Source: Guillardia theta CCMP2712 (lineage: Eukaryota; Protista; Cryptophyta). From it: DNA of 64,000 bases. The notes beneath the pieces are model-generated. The model did no database searches and was not told the DNA's origin. It saw only the letters and a list, made by a program, of their open reading frames with translations. Position numbers and translations under genes: made by a program. Location: NCBI RefSeq assembly GCF_000315625.1, contig NW_005434655.1, positions 529,089-593,088 on the forward strand, read 5' to 3'. This document shows positions 10,440-26,059 of this stretch, one piece after another (the stretch's first letter is position 1; the number at the start of each line of letters is the position of its first letter).

Positions 10440-13376
10440 TCAAGCCTTGTAGCTTCCAAACTCTGCATTCCATGCCAGCAAGTCCTACATTAGGTATCAG
10501 CCGTGCAGGAGTACAAGGGCAAGGGGGTTGGGTTGGTGAGGATTGAAGAGAAAGTAGCGCCTTACCTTGAGTAGCTTAGAGGAGACGCTGGGCCGAGTCT
10601 TGTCCGCTGCTTCTCTCAGGTCTTGAAGATTGATCCCACGAACTGAAGACTCGTTGACCTGCCGAGGAAGTCAGCTGAGTTCAGCTGGAGGTCAGCTTAT
10701 GAAGCCCCCTCGTCCCCCCCCCCGTGACATCCCTTTGCTTTCCTCGTTTCCCTCTGCACTTAGAGCTTGCCTCCTACCTTCTCGATCCCTCCCCGCAAGT
10801 CGCGGATGGGCCCCATGGCAGCATCCTTGCACATGGCGGTGATGTCGCTGCCGGTGAAGCCTTTAGTGGCTTCGGCTACCAGCTGGAACTCCCGATCGTT
10901 CAGACTGACTTTCTGACCCTGCGACAGGACCCGAGGGCCTCAGTGACAGCCTGACCTAGCACGAGACACCTTGAACAGGGACTTGATCAGCTGGAGACGA
11001 GCTGGAGTATCCGGGAGGGGATGAAGAGCCGCTTCGTGAAGCGACGGATCACAGCGTCGTCCAATTCCTAGTGCGAGGACGGTCACTGAGTGAGGATGGA
11101 ATAGGCGAGGGATGTAGTGAAGTGGAGGGGCAGGGGAGGGAGCAAGACCACAGCAAGGCGATGGAGGGGGAGGAAGGTGAAGGAGACGGGACGACAGGAT
11201 CTTCATACCTGCGGTCTATTGGTAGCCCCGATCACCACAACGCGAGAGTCCTTGCTCTGCGGAGCACAACCGGTTGAGGTAGAGAAGGGAAAACGAAGGA
11301 GCAAGAAAAGAATGGGGAAGGAGGGATAGTGGAATGATAAGGAGCAAGGCAGGAGGGCATTGGGAGGAGGAGGCGTGATGCATGCTAGACTGCAGAGGGG
11401 CACAAACTTACCGTCCCCAGCCCGTCGAACTGAACGAGAAATTCGGTCTTGAGCCGTCTACACATTGTCGTCATTAGGGGAGAGGGGGGACGGGGGGTTG
11501 GGGGGTTGCCTGCTGGAATCTTGCTCCTGAGCTGATCTCGAAGTCAGGAGAGAATCGACTTCGTCCATGAAGATCACACTTGGCTGTGGGGGAACGAGCA
11601 GAGCAGGTCAGAAAGTGGCGGGGGGGTGTTGAGAACTCCTGGACCTGCAGCTGGTCCGCCAGCGCAAACAAAGCTCTAACCATCTTCTCGGACTCTCCCA
11701 CCCACTGCGACTGAGTGAGGCAGACGAAAGCAGCCGAGAACAAGCAGCTGCGGTCACCTTTGATGTCAATGAAGAGGCAGAGAGGTTGAAGAAAGTGCAC
11801 TTGCACTCCGTTGCAACTGCTTTGGCCTGTACAGACTTGAGCGCAGGGCTTCAAAAGGCTTCTAACCTAAGCCCCTCGCTACATTGTCTCTATCATCATT
11901 GACATCCCCTAAAGCTAGTATCGTTTTCTTATTCTCAATCATCGTCATCATCTTCATCGTCATCAACTCCACCCTCGCTATCTCCATCTCATCAGCTACC
12001 AGCAAAGTCTTGCCATTGCCTGGAGGCCCAAACAGGAGGATCCCTGCGAAAGAGTGAGAGAGGACGGTGGGTTCCTATTCCGTCACCCCGAGGAGGCGAC
12101 CGGATGCCAGTGAAGAGGTCAGGACGGAGGGAGGGCAGGATGATCGCTTCCTTGAGCGCTTCCTTCGCCTCCTTCAGACCCGAGATGGTTTCGAACGAAA
12201 CTCCAGGTGCCTGATCCACGACCTCATCGAGGATGTTCAGCGCCTGCGGGGCCCTCGACAGTCATTTGCTGCCTTCCACAAGGCAGGGGAGGAGCAACCA
12301 GCTTTCGGTCGATCCCCTTAAGGCTGCCGATGTTGTACTTGGACTGGGCCTTGTTGCTCGTTGCCGTCGCTCCCTCTGACCCGAGCTTCGGACCTCCCGT
12401 TTCCGTTGCCTGCAAGACGGTGAGGCAGGGATGGAGGAGCGAAGTTCCTACGGCTGGCTCTCTCCGCTCCTTGTCCTGCATCGCTCTGCTGCCTCGTCAC
12501 TCAAATTGCAGGAAGAAGAAGAGGAGGGAGAGGAGGGGTTGGAGGGGGAAGAGTATCACCTGCCGTTCTCGCATCGCTGAACTGATGCATAAGTGCAAGC
12601 ATCCACAGACCGCTGCTTGCTCACATTTTGCGTTGGCTTAGACGTTTCCCATAACCAACCTAACCAAGATCCAGTCTGCTTATCCGATGATGAAGCAGCT
12701 TCAAACCCCTTCGCTCCTGCTCCTGCTCTTGCTCTTGCTCCAGCCGCTGTTGCTGTTGCTGTTGCTGTTGCTGTTCCCACTCCTGCTCCTGCTGCTTTTT
12801 CTTGAAGAATCCGCTTCTCACACTCATCGAATCGCTTGCGAGCAAGGGCGATGACGGTTGCAATCTCCTTGTCCTCTTCCTTGGACTTCACTTGGCTTCT
12901 GTCATGTCATTCAGCGGTACAAGAACCTTTCAAACTACAACGATGTTGTCTCAGCACCACCATTTCACACATAATCAGTCCATGATGTGCCTCTAACTTC
13001 CGTCAAGTTACTATTGGTATCTGCTAGCTAGAGTTCTACAGACTGCTGATTGACAGATTGACGTTTCCAGGGCAGCGGAGGAGAAGAAAAGTAGCGGAAA
13101 GGAGCTGGACAACATAGAGCCGTATAGTAGGTACGAGTATACAGGGAGGAGTAGCCTAGGGATGGAAGGAGAGGGAAGGGCGAGCAAACGAGCGCAATCG
13201 CCGGCGAAAAAGGTGCAAGGGACACGGAGGAAGAGAGAAAAGGAGAAGGAGTTGGAGCACCTGGCAGCCGTGAGTGCTTTGACTATCCTCGAGTACTCCT
13301 CCGCTGCCTTGAGAGGCTCCTTCTCCTCCATCCTCCCAGCTGCTGCTACGGCGACTCGCATTGCCGCCACCGCCAT
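10440..13376 (-). CDS. SPAST: Spastin-like microtubule-severing AAA ATPase with MIT-like N-terminus; multi-exon
   Basis: Exons give ILPSLRPDLFTGIRSPPRG, LLFGPPGNGKTLL (Walker A), WVGESEKMVRALF, VIFMDEVDSLL (Walker B), RLKTEFLVQFDGL, VIGATNRPQ and AWNAEFGSYKA*. Confidence 0.9.
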
Positions 13377-13669
13377 TGTCGGGGGATAAGGGGGATGAGG
13401 GGGATGATGGATAATGCGGGGATGAGGGCCAGCATCTATTTTGAGGTATCATGGCTGCGACAACCTGAGCAGGGGGAGGAGGAGAAGCAGCAGGGGGAGG
13501 AGGAGAAGCAGAAGGGGGAGGAGCAGGAGGATCATGAAGGCCTCGATGCGGCATGCGCTATGGGGAGGAACGGAATCATGATGGGCATGACGCGGATGTT
13601 GCTGCAGGGTTGACGCAGTTCCAAGGCTGTCGACCGAGCTAGCGAGAAGGAGGACAGCACTCCAATACG

Positions 13670-15769
13670 ATGAGCAGCAGCGATAAACGGTCAAGCGCGG
13701 AGTATGCGCCGGTTGAGGAAGATGAGGGCGATGGGAACCAGGAGGACACATCGACTCCTTTCTCCCGCTTGTCCCGCCTCTGGGACTGGGACATTGTTTC
13801 CCCCAGGCCTCATTTGGGGGCCTCGGCATCAGACGAAGAAGAAAACGAGAAGAAGGCGCTCAAGAAGAGGTCCCACTCAGACTGGGACAACCACATCTCT
13901 CTCCTGGACTCCGCTGGAGTTGCGTCAGAGATCGATGCCGTGGGAGGGTTCTACACACACAGGAGCTACCAGTCCCTCCTCGACGACCCCAACCATCTCA
14001 CCTTCCGCTCGCATGCTTCCAAGGGTGAGGACACAGGCCGAGTCTCGCAGCCCTCGGAGTACTCGAGCATCTACTACACCCCCGATGATCAGGATGCAGA
14101 CTTTCTCACCGTAGACTGGGCCTACTACGCCGAGAAGGACAGGGAGAGGAAGCGCAAGGTGGAGAAACTGAACCAGGAGCTACCTGAGGGTCAGCAGGTC
14201 CTGGCTAGGGCATGGGATGGGCTGCAGACGTGGATCGCCCTGCTGCTAATCGGCTTCTTCACTGGAGCCGTCGCGGCAGTGGTGGGGATAGGGGTGGACC
14301 TGTTCACTGACTTGAGGTTCGGGTTCTGCGAGGGGAGGGGGTTCTGGATAAGCAGGGAAATGTGCTGTAAGGAGGTTAGGGTGGGGGCAGCGTGCGAGAA
14401 CTGGAGGGACTGGCACTCGATGCTGAGCAACGTGAGCAGCGGGGGGAGGAGGTGGATCGAGTTCGGGAGCTACTCGCTCGTATCGGTCCTCCAGGCCTCC
14501 TTTGCTGCCTGGTTGTGCGTGACTTTTGCTCCTTATGCGGTAAGGAGAAGTAGAAGTGAAGGGGGGGCGGGGAAGGAAGGGAGGAGAAGGAAGACGATGA
14601 GAATGAGGAGGAGGAGGAGGTGGTGGTCGTGGTGGTTTTGCCGCGTTTTCATCGAAATTCTGAGAGTTTGTCGCAGGCAGGAAGCGGGATCAGTGAGATC
14701 AAAGTGGTGCTGGGAGGGTTTGTGATCAAGAAGCTTCTCGGGGGTTGGACTCTGATCGTCAAGAGCATGGGCTTGATGCTGGCGGTCGGGGCGGGGATGA
14801 TGGTGGGCAAGGAAGGACCGTGCGTGCACTTGGGATGCTGCATGGCCAACCTGATCTCTCGTCTATTCTCAAAGTACCGGGGAAATGAGGTTCGAACATG
14901 CCCCTCCCCTTGGGTGCTGTGGCCTCTTCCTCCTTCGTCTCTCTTCATCCTTCGTCTCTTCCCCTCTTCTTCCTTCTTCCTCCTCCCTTCCCTCCTTCTT
15001 CCCTCCTCCTTCCTCCCCTCCTCCTCAATTCTAATCGTAAGGTCAGGGGAAGAAGCGCGAGCTCATGTCGAGTGCGGCAGCAGCGGGAGTTGCAGTTGCG
15101 TTCGGGGCTCCGGTAGGAGGCGTCCTCTTCTCGCTGGAGGAGGTGAGATCCGCTTGCTGACCTCCACCGGGACTGACGAGAGGGCAGGTGTCGAGCTACT
15201 TCCCTCCTCACATCATGTGGCGATCAATCTTCTGCGCCATAGTGAGCCGCCCCCTTCCTCTTCCTCCTCCCTTCTCGTTGTCGTTCTCGTCCTTGTCCTC
15301 GCACCCTCCCCCTCCCCCCCCTCCCCCTCCCCCCCCTCCCCCTCCTCCTTTTCTCGCCTGTGCTGACTCGAGGGCAGGTGGCAGCCATGAGTCTGAACCA
15401 GCTCTATCCTCTTCCCTTCGGAAAGCACGTCATGTTTGAAGTCACCTTCCATCACGAGTGGCAGCTGCTCGAGGTCTCTCCTCCTCCTCCTCCTCCTCCT
15501 CCTTGTTTCCCTTCCCTCGTTGGTCCGCTCGCTCTCTTCTTTGCCGTCTTCTTGCATTTAATCCTCCTGCTCCTCCTGCTCCTCCTCCTCCTCCTCCTGC
15601 TCCAACATGTTTCCTGATTGAGCTACCAGATCGTTCCCTTCGCTCTTGTTGGAGCTCTTGGCGGGCTGATTGGAGCATTCTTCGTGCGCTGTAATACGCA
15701 GATATGTGCAGCACGGAAAACATCAGCGATAAAGAGGTTGGAAGAGAGTTGATATGGTGGTGGTGGTGG

Positions 15770-15812
<43 letters not shown>

Positions 15813-17372
15813 ATCGAGGTGGATGTGCAGGGGTAAAGAGGAGGATATGAGAAGTAGTGGGAGCGAGGAGGGAGAAGGAGGGTTCGAGGATGGAGGAATA
15901 TGAAGATCTAAACAACAATAGATGAGAGTGCATGTGGAATTTCGATGACGTGAATGCACAGGTGGCCCATCACGGAGACAGCTTTCGTGTGTTTGCTCAC
16001 AAGCGCCATCGACTATCCTGTTGTCTACTTGCAGGTTATGTTGTTGAATGATACTTTCCGCCTTTCTCATCACTCCTTCTCCTTCATCTCTCCCTCTCCC
16101 TCTCCCTCTCCCTCACTCCCTCATCTCATTCGGTTTTCCTTCTGCACTTTGCTCTGATCGAGATCTTTTGTTTCTATCTTCTCACCCTATCTGGCAGGGT
16201 AGCAACATTTCTCTGCTCCATACCTTGTTCAGTGACTGTAGGAGAATGTCGGGCGCACATGAAATATGCAGGTATCTATCTCCTCCTCCTCCTCCTCCTC
16301 CTCCTAACTCGTTGCTCATTCCTCGTTGCTCGTTCCTTTTCCTCCTCCTTCTCCCCCTCCTGCTCCTGTTTCCTGAACACAATCTGTTGCAGCCTTCCAA
16401 ATGCCGTCAGCATCGTCATCGCCCTCATGCTCTGTGCTGCTATCAAGCTCATTCTTACACTCTTCACCCTGGGGCTCAAGGTATTAAACAGCTTCCCCCT
16501 GCTCCATCTGTCTCCTCCTGCTCCATCTGTCTCCTCCTGCTCCATCTGTCTCCTCCTGCTCCATCTGTCTCCTCCTCACCTCCTCTCTCCTCCTCTTCTT
16601 TTCCTCTCTTACTCTGATACTTCCAGATACCCGGCGGAATCTTCGTGCCTTCCCTCACGATTGGTGTGTCGACTCGACCAATCGCCTCTATTCTCCTCCC
16701 CGCCCCCCCCCTCCCTCCTCCTCNNNNNNNNNNNNNNNNNNNNNNNNNNNNNNNNNNNNNNNNNNNNNNNNNNNNNNNNNNNNNNNNNNNNNNNNNNNNN
16801 NNNNNNNNNNNNNNNNNNNNNNNCTCAATTTATGGAACGAAGTCCCAACCTCGTCTTTCACACTGCTCCCATCGCCAGCGTCGTCGAGACTCGGTTCCTC
16901 TCCTCTTCCCTCCCTCCCTCCCTCCCTCCCTCCCTCCTTCCCTCCTTCCTTCCCTCCCTCCCTCCCTCCCTCCCTCCCTCCCTCCCTCCCCGCTTTAGTC
17001 CTCGTCCTCCTTTAATCACTCTCGTCCTCCTCTTTCTCTGCTCGCTTTCTCTCAATATCTCGGCAGGTCCGTGGCCTGGGGCTTCGCTACCTCCTGGTGA
17101 CGGAGGGGGGGAGGCTGGTCGGCATCATCAAGAAGAAGGACCTGCTGGAGCACATGGAGTACCATCGCAAGCTCACGTCAGCTCCTCCCTCCTCTCGCTC
17201 CTCTTCAAGATTCCCTTTCTATCCTCCTGCTGCATTGCTCCCAATTCCTTTCTCCTCCTGTCTCCTGTACCACTTTCTCCTCCTCTGTTCAACCAACATG
17301 CTCGCGATCTTCTCCTTCGCCCCTCAGAGTATCTCAAGTGACGGCGAGTGTTTGCAGGAAGCTGAGGACTGA
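13670..17372 (+). CDS. CLC chloride/proton exchanger (ClC-3/4/5/Gef1-like) with C-terminal CBS domain; interrupted by a gap
   Basis: [28 protein letters not shown]|[12 protein letters not shown], and CBS segment [23 protein letters not shown]. Gating and proton glutamates are both present. Confidence 0.93.
15764..15812. repeat. Intronic (GGT)n/(GAT)n microsatellite
   Basis: Direct reading. Confidence 0.95.
16501..16577. repeat. Intronic 19-bp minisatellite (GCTCCATCTGTCTCCTCCT) x4
   Basis: Direct reading. Confidence 0.9.
16724..16823. other. Assembly gap (100 N)
   Basis: Run of N inside the CLC gene. Confidence 1.
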
Positions 17373-17485
17373 GGAGAGCAGCTGAGAAGTGCGTGTTCAT
17401 CATGTAGATTACTTGTTTACTTGTACAGAGAGCCATCCAACTCCTGCTGTCTCGTCTGTTTTTCCCTCCTCCCTCCTCCACGTTC

Positions 17486-19710
<2,225 letters not shown>

Positions 19711-19884
19711 ATGGAAACTCTTGGAACCAACGGAAACTCTCTGCTACTTAGCTCGCTTCTTCTATCTCGCTTCTGCTCTCCTTCTCTTCTCTCCTCAACG
19801 CGCTCCTCCCAGGTACAGAAAAATTCCCAGGAATTCCTCCAGAACTTTCTAATCCCTCGGAACCCTCATCCCCGCGCAAACAAA

Positions 19885-20830
19885 CATCTTGACCGGGCCC
19901 GCCCCGCTCAGCCTGTCCGGCCCGGGTGGCCGCGGCCATGGCACTCACCACTGAAGGGTTCTGCACGTTTCAAATTTTTGTTTGAAGTTGTTGGCCTATT
20001 TTTCAAATATTAGAGTTTTTCCAGAGACCAAAGCGCACCCCTATTCATGGGGAGGTTCATTAGGTACCACCTACCCTATACTTCAACGTCTTTTTCTATT
20101 AGAAATAACCGGTGTGAAAATGATCCCACCCCTCCATGTTCAAGCTGAGATCCAAGATCTGACCCTCAATTCTTGTTACTCCCACCCCCCTGCCAATTTT
20201 GTGCCCCAAACTTAAATATATTTTATGATGCACTACCCCACCTGGGTGAAGTGGGGTTTCTACTCACGACTACCCATAGTAGGATTGCTGGTTACCCCCA
20301 CCTACAAAATCAACCAACATTTCTATTAGACTACCCCATCTTCGATAGCCAATACCCGGTTCATCAAAAAATCACACTCGCTTGTGGGTGTCCTTGCAAG
20401 CTGGTACCCCTGTCCATTCAATTTACAATGTTTTAAAAATTATAAAGCGAAGACGCTTCACCCGGTGGTATGCGATGCTTCTCAGGGAAAGCATACCGGT
20501 GGTTTAGAGTCGAATTCCTACGCTCATTTTTTAAAATTCCTTGTACAGTGTCAAACCCCCAACCCTTGGTGACCCCCCACCCTAGGAATCAGCTCCACCC
20601 CTCAGGCAATATGACTACCTCCAGGTTGTAGATGCATCTCAAACTACCCTACCCCCTTCCATCGTGCCTCTCAACCCCACCCCCACTCATCCCCGCCATT
20701 CTGTCTATCCCTACCACCCATGATGGTCGGATGTGCCATCACCCCACACTCATTACGATCTTGATGTACCCACCCCCTGCAAAACTTCGGCCGCTAACCC
20801 ACCCGTTTGGGACATCTTGGTGGACCCCTA
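19885..20830. promoter_or_regulatory. Intergenic motif island B: short GC module, TTTCAAA/TTTGAAGTT linker, TACCCC-rich tract
   Basis: ccgggcccgccccg...ccggcccggg at ~19893-19935, then repeated TACCC(C) up to the + strand gene start. Confidence 0.5.
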
Positions 20831-20858
20831 CCGTGAAACTTGCTACGCTCTCGCAGCC

Positions 20859-21683
20859 ATGGCGTGTCCTCTGCCTGGAGTGGGCTTTGCGCTTCTATTG
20901 CTTCTCCCCATCATGATCCCCATGGTGTACTCCGCTTCTACCCCGTCTCCGTCGTTTCCTCTGTCCTCCTCCTTTGTAACTGTATCATCTTCTTCCTTTT
21001 CATCCGTTTCCAACACCCAGTCTGGTTCCGATGTGCGGTCTTCGACTGCCACTATGGGTTTTGTTGCTTTCTCGCATGGTCTTCCTACCTTGGGACACAG
21101 CATGTGGGGAGAGGCAAAATGTATCAAAACAGCATCATGCAAAGTCAAAGCCAGCAGGCTTACGGTCGAGGGCAATTCTGGCTTGAGGAAGCTGAGAGCT
21201 GAATCGGCAATGAGTGCAACCGAGCCTGACGTCCTTGCAGAGGTAAGTCTGTATCTCAATGTCTTACCTATGTTTGTGCATCTTTTGCACTCACGATGCT
21301 GGATAGGTAAAGATCAGAGCTGAGAAGGCAAGATTCACCTCCAGAGCTACTAAGCTCCTGGGAAAACCTGTTCTTTCAGACTGGAAGGAGGGTGTACACT
21401 TCGTCAATGCTGACAAGGACTGCAAGTTTAACTTCATGGAGATGGTAGTTGTACGAGGCAAGTATGCACGAGTACAGATGGGCCCAAACGAAGATGGGAT
21501 GTTTGCTGTTGAAACAATGAATGGTGAACAACGATCCGGTTTTGGATGTGAATGTTGACATTTGTTCTGGTGACAGGTGAAATGGGCAGTTCGGGGGTTA
21601 GGAGGCTTGGACCAACAATTATTGGGCGAATAGTGGACATGTCCTATCTGGACGATGCCTTCAATTACTACGAGATAAGCTGA
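20859..21683 (+). CDS. Hypothetical protein with signal peptide and Ser-rich transit-like region, 3 exons
   Basis: Open reading after removing GT-AG introns 21243-21306 and ~21523-21576, ending DDAFNYYEIS*. No family recognised. Confidence 0.7.
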
Positions 21684-22482
21684 ATGAGCTATCTCAAGGT
21701 TTCGTTTTTCTTCTTCCATTATTTGTTTGTATTAAAGCTGTTGATTTCTTGAAATCCATGGAGAGCTTCTACTGCAAGGCTTCAGCGAGTTATCGTACAT
21801 GTAGAATGAGGAGGCTCTGATGGAGGCTCCGTAGCTGGCCATGTAGAACATTCAAACAAAAAGCTGAAAATTCCTTGGTTGGAAGATTCTGAAGGGTCCA
21901 AGTATAAAGATAGTGATTGGCTTTGTTGCATTACACATGATTGATCTCAATTTCCGCACTAGGTACAAAACCCAGACTGCACAGGCACGCACATTTGAAA
22001 TTTCAGTAGGTAGCCTCTATTGCAAAGGGTGCGAGTGTATAGTATGCAAACATCTGGTTCGCCGATACTTCCAGATGAGAATGGCTTGTCAATGCAAACA
22101 AAATTCTCCAGTGGGCTACTCCACCTTCACGAGCCCAGGCCAAAACCATGAGGTTAGACTTTCGTGAAGCCAGGAAAAAACACCACCCTTGTCAGAGAGA
22201 TGCTTCATTTCAATGGGTTGTCGTTGTATTCTACACATACAACATATTCATACAACAGTCAAGGAGTGACTGATTAATACTATGACCAATAGTTTACAGA
22301 CTGTACATTAGAATGCTACTCGCAAGGATTCAACCTGCAACAACCACACAAGTCAGTCCGCTGCATATTGAAATGTTTCGGATGGGATATCACGATAAAG
22401 TTGTAAGGATTTAAGCGATGACAACTCATCAGCAAGTTGCGACACAAGCATCAGAATTGACCCTTCAGCTCTTAACATTTTG

Positions 22483-22745
22483 TCAAGAACGTCGGAACTC
22501 GCTCTCCACAGCTCTCAATCTTGGAGTGCAGTCGTGCATGCGTGCGGCTGCGGAAAGGTACCCGCACACACTTCCTAGCACCCGTTCTTCACACAGCCAA
22601 ACACAAATATCTTCGAAGAGATAGAATGAGACAACAAATGGCAGGAAAATAGTTATCAAAAGGGCGAGTAAGCACCATACACGACAAGTCCACTGGATAT
22701 ATCCCGAGGTTGTCCCGTATCGGAACAACCAGGATATCTTAACTG
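22483..22745 (-). CDS. Possible exon of a hypothetical membrane protein (model unresolved)
   Basis: Hydrophobic helix VWCLLALLITIFLPFVVSFYLF follows a CAG acceptor. Other exons could not be joined confidently. Confidence 0.3.
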
Positions 22746-22949
22746 CATGCACAAACATGCAGAGCCATAGAGACATTGCATGGTACAGGGGCTCACGCAC
22801 ATGTCAGCTTACATTGCCATCAAGTCGTCGGCATCGGCGTCGCCCGCCTCACGTGCGGTGGATCGGGTGAAAAGGGAGTGGGGTGGGGGACGAGAGTCGA
22901 TGGGGTGGGTGTTCCAGGTTATTCGGACGGGTCATTTTCAGCCCTGAAG

Positions 22950-23500
22950 AGGTCATAACAAGGGGGTACGAGTTGCAAGTTGAGTTGAAACCACGATAGC
23001 TGGTAGACCACAATGATACTCCAGAAGTTCCATGATCGATCGAGAAGTTTGGAAAATGTTATGTTAAACTTTTAATATATTGAGAATATTTTCAATTTAC
23101 GAAATTATTTCAAGCTGCGCGTGTGAACGAAACTACCCCCACCCACATGAACAGGAATACCCCCAGCAAGTGCTAATCTGCGGGGTAGTTCCCCTCCATC
23201 CACCGGGTCCTGACGAAGATTTCCCCAGAACGAACTACGGGTAGTGATCATGAGAATGTCCTGAGACCTGGTCCTCTTGGATGACCCCTATTTTCGATAA
23301 TCTACCCCTACTTCAGCGTCAGTTGTGAGATCATCAAACTATGGTATCAAGGCCATCAATTTTACTATCAATACACAGGGAAATTTTATCTACTAACATA
23401 CCTTGAGAAAATTCAACCACAGATTATCACCCTTGAATGCAGAGCACCCCACCAAATCGGTTGACCACCCCAAATATACTACCCCTACCCCCTAGAATGC
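22950..23500. promoter_or_regulatory. Intergenic motif island C: TACCCC-rich tract, no obvious GC module
   Basis: CAAGTTGAGTTGAAA, an AT-rich stretch, then repeated CTACCCC/ATACCCC words. Confidence 0.4.
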
Positions 23501-24440
23501 TTCTGGTTGACCAAAGTTTGTTGACATGTTCCCGCCTTCCATGCTCGAACCGCATCCCCCTCCCTCCCCCCTCTCTTGCTGAACCTGTCCTCCCCTTTTC
23601 TTCTCCTTCCTATCCGGCTCTTGATACCTCCTGCTGCTGGTCTCGTTCTAGATCTCTCCGCCTATTTCTCTTCTGGCTCCTCCGCTCCCTTCCCCACAAC
23701 ATGCCCCTCATGACTAGTCTTCATCCCCGTCCAGAGCTGTTCTCGTCCTTGAAACCCGCACTGTCCCGTGTCCTGTGATTTATTCCGTGAAACATTTTTA
23801 TGTCCTTGGCTGAAAATTCAAGCTTGTTTGCTTGATGCCGAGATGGACCCTTCCTGTGTTCTTCGAACTTTTGTTCCCTATTCTCCTGTCCCGGCTTCTT
23901 GACACTAGTGTGGTGCCTCTTCTGCAACTGCTTTTCTCTTCCTGCTTCACTCCACCAAATCTACTCGAAAATGTCAAAAAGCATATTCCTGCATGCATTT
24001 GTGTAGATTTCATGAAGAGGAAGAGAGTCGAAAATTGATGAATCGCGAACTACTTTGTTTATACCTTCTATTCCCCCGTCCTTATCTGTGTATTTTTGCG
24101 ACAGAGAATTACCAATCCAAAAAAAGCTCTTATCAGTCGACTTGTATCTCTGCGCTCAGCATTCATCTTTTATCACATTCTGATGACTGATTCATTGTTT
24201 CTTCCAGCATTTGAAGCTGCCTGGCTGCTTGGCTCCTTGACCTTGTCTTCGCGGCAAGGTGCTTCTATTCGAAAGTTGGTCTAACTGTGTCTTGTCAACA
24301 TCTCTTCAGCTACGATTAATCAAATATACACCCGCGAGCCATCTTCAACTGGCAGCAAATATCGGAAGTGCAGTGTAGAGTCCAGTTGTTCTCACTCGGT
24401 GTTATCTTCGAAGAATACACCGAGAAAGGAAGATAGAGCT

Positions 24441-25996
24441 ATGGCTGCCCTAAAATTCAAGGAGATCGGCAATGCGCGTTACAAGGAAGGGAAATATGCA
24501 GAGGCGATCGAGGCCTATGGTAGTGCCATTGACGAAGATCCGACGAATTGCACCTACTACAGTAACAGGGCTGCAGCGTATCTCATGCTCAAAAAATATG
24601 ATGAGGCATTGAACGATTGCAAAAAGATCAGTGAATTGGACCCTTCGTTCACAAAAGCATACACACGCGCTTCAAAGTGTTACAGTCAACGAGGGATGAT
24701 TATGGAAGCCAAGGCTGTCTTGAGCGATCGCTTGAAAGAGGATGAAAGCAATGAAGAGATCTTGAAAGAATTGGAAGTGTTGAAACAGGTTGAAAATGAC
24801 CTGCACCTCGCTCAAGAACACCTCAACAAAGATGACTACGACCGGGCCAGTTACTATGTGGAACGTGTCCAGTCTCACTGTACAGATTCGTCACATGTAT
24901 TGCGCATGAGAGCCGACTTATTGATTGGTCGCAAGAAGTATGAAGATGCTGCAAGCATCTGCTGGGCTCTTCTTGCAAAGAACCGGCTGGACCCAGACTT
25001 GCTTTTCTTGCGAGGTAAGGCGCTTATGTACAGTGGGTCGACAGATCAAGCGATGAAGCATTTAGAAGAAGCTCTACGTGTTGATCCGGATCACTCGAGA
25101 GCGAAGCAGCTGAGGAAATCTTTCAAGGAAATGGAAAAGTTAAAGAACTCTGGCAACGACTTCTTCAAGGAAGGCAAATGCAATGAAGCGATCAAGCTTT
25201 ATACCGAGGCAATGGAGCTAGACCCAAAGAACGCGAACTATAATAGTACGCTCCTCTGCAATCGAGCAGCAGCAAAAATGCGGCAACGAAAGTTCAAAGA
25301 AGCCTTGGAGGATTGCAATGAAGCACTCCAACTTAACGAAACATATGTCAAAGCTGTGACAAGAAAAGCCGAATGCTTGTTGCAGATGGAGGAATACGAA
25401 GATGCAGTCCGTGAATGGGAGAAAGCGACAAATATGGACTCAGAGAATCGTGAATACAAGGCAAAGCTTAGAGAAGCTAAGCTGGAATTGAAGAAATCCA
25501 AGCGCAAGAATTATTACAAGATCTTGGAGGTAACTAAAGATGCAGACGAGTCGGAAATCAAGAGAGCATATAAGAAGATGGCACTCAAATTCCATCCCGA
25601 TAAATGGAACAACGCAACAGACGAGGAGAAAGAGGATGCCGAGAAGCAGTTTAAGGAGATCGGCGAAGCATATTCGGTTCTCACCGACCCACAGAAACGG
25701 AGGAGATACGATGCCGGCCAGGTATGCAAGGGCGTTGTAATGACTGCATGGGCTCACACACCGATTGCGCAGGACATTGAAGAGCTAGATGGAGGAGGAG
25801 GAGGATTCCACTCAGACATTGATCCCAATCAGGTTAATGCATTTGCTCTCTCACGAATACTTGCTGATGCAAGAAAACGCAGATCTTTGAGATGTTCATG
25901 GGTGGCGGGATGGGCGGGATGGGCGGGATGGGCGGGATGGGCGGGATGGGCGGGATGGGCGGCGGACCAGGGATGAGATTTTCCTTCAGGGGATAG
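24441..25996 (+). CDS. DNAJC7: DnaJ subfamily C member 7 (TPR + J domain) co-chaperone; 5' end may extend upstream
   Basis: Multiple TPRs ([30 protein letters not shown]), [13 protein letters not shown] motif, and a GGM-repeat tail after two short introns. Confidence 0.95.
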
Positions 25997-26059
25997 CAGC
26001 GGAAGATGTGTAAGTACTCGCCTGATGCTGTAATTACTTAGTAGTACGTTCCACTCACA

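Noticed and set aside
14679-14700. CLC motif GSGISE instead of GSGIPE
   Set aside because: The central Ser is retained and the GSGISE variant is known from fungal CLCs, so it is not novel.
22483-22800. Resemblance to the TMEM231 N-terminus
   Set aside because: Only a generic hydrophobic helix matches, and downstream conserved motifs were not found.
25907-25962. (GGATGGGCG)n repeat translated as WAG repeats in the ORF track
   Set aside because: After splicing it encodes an ordinary GGM chaperone tail.
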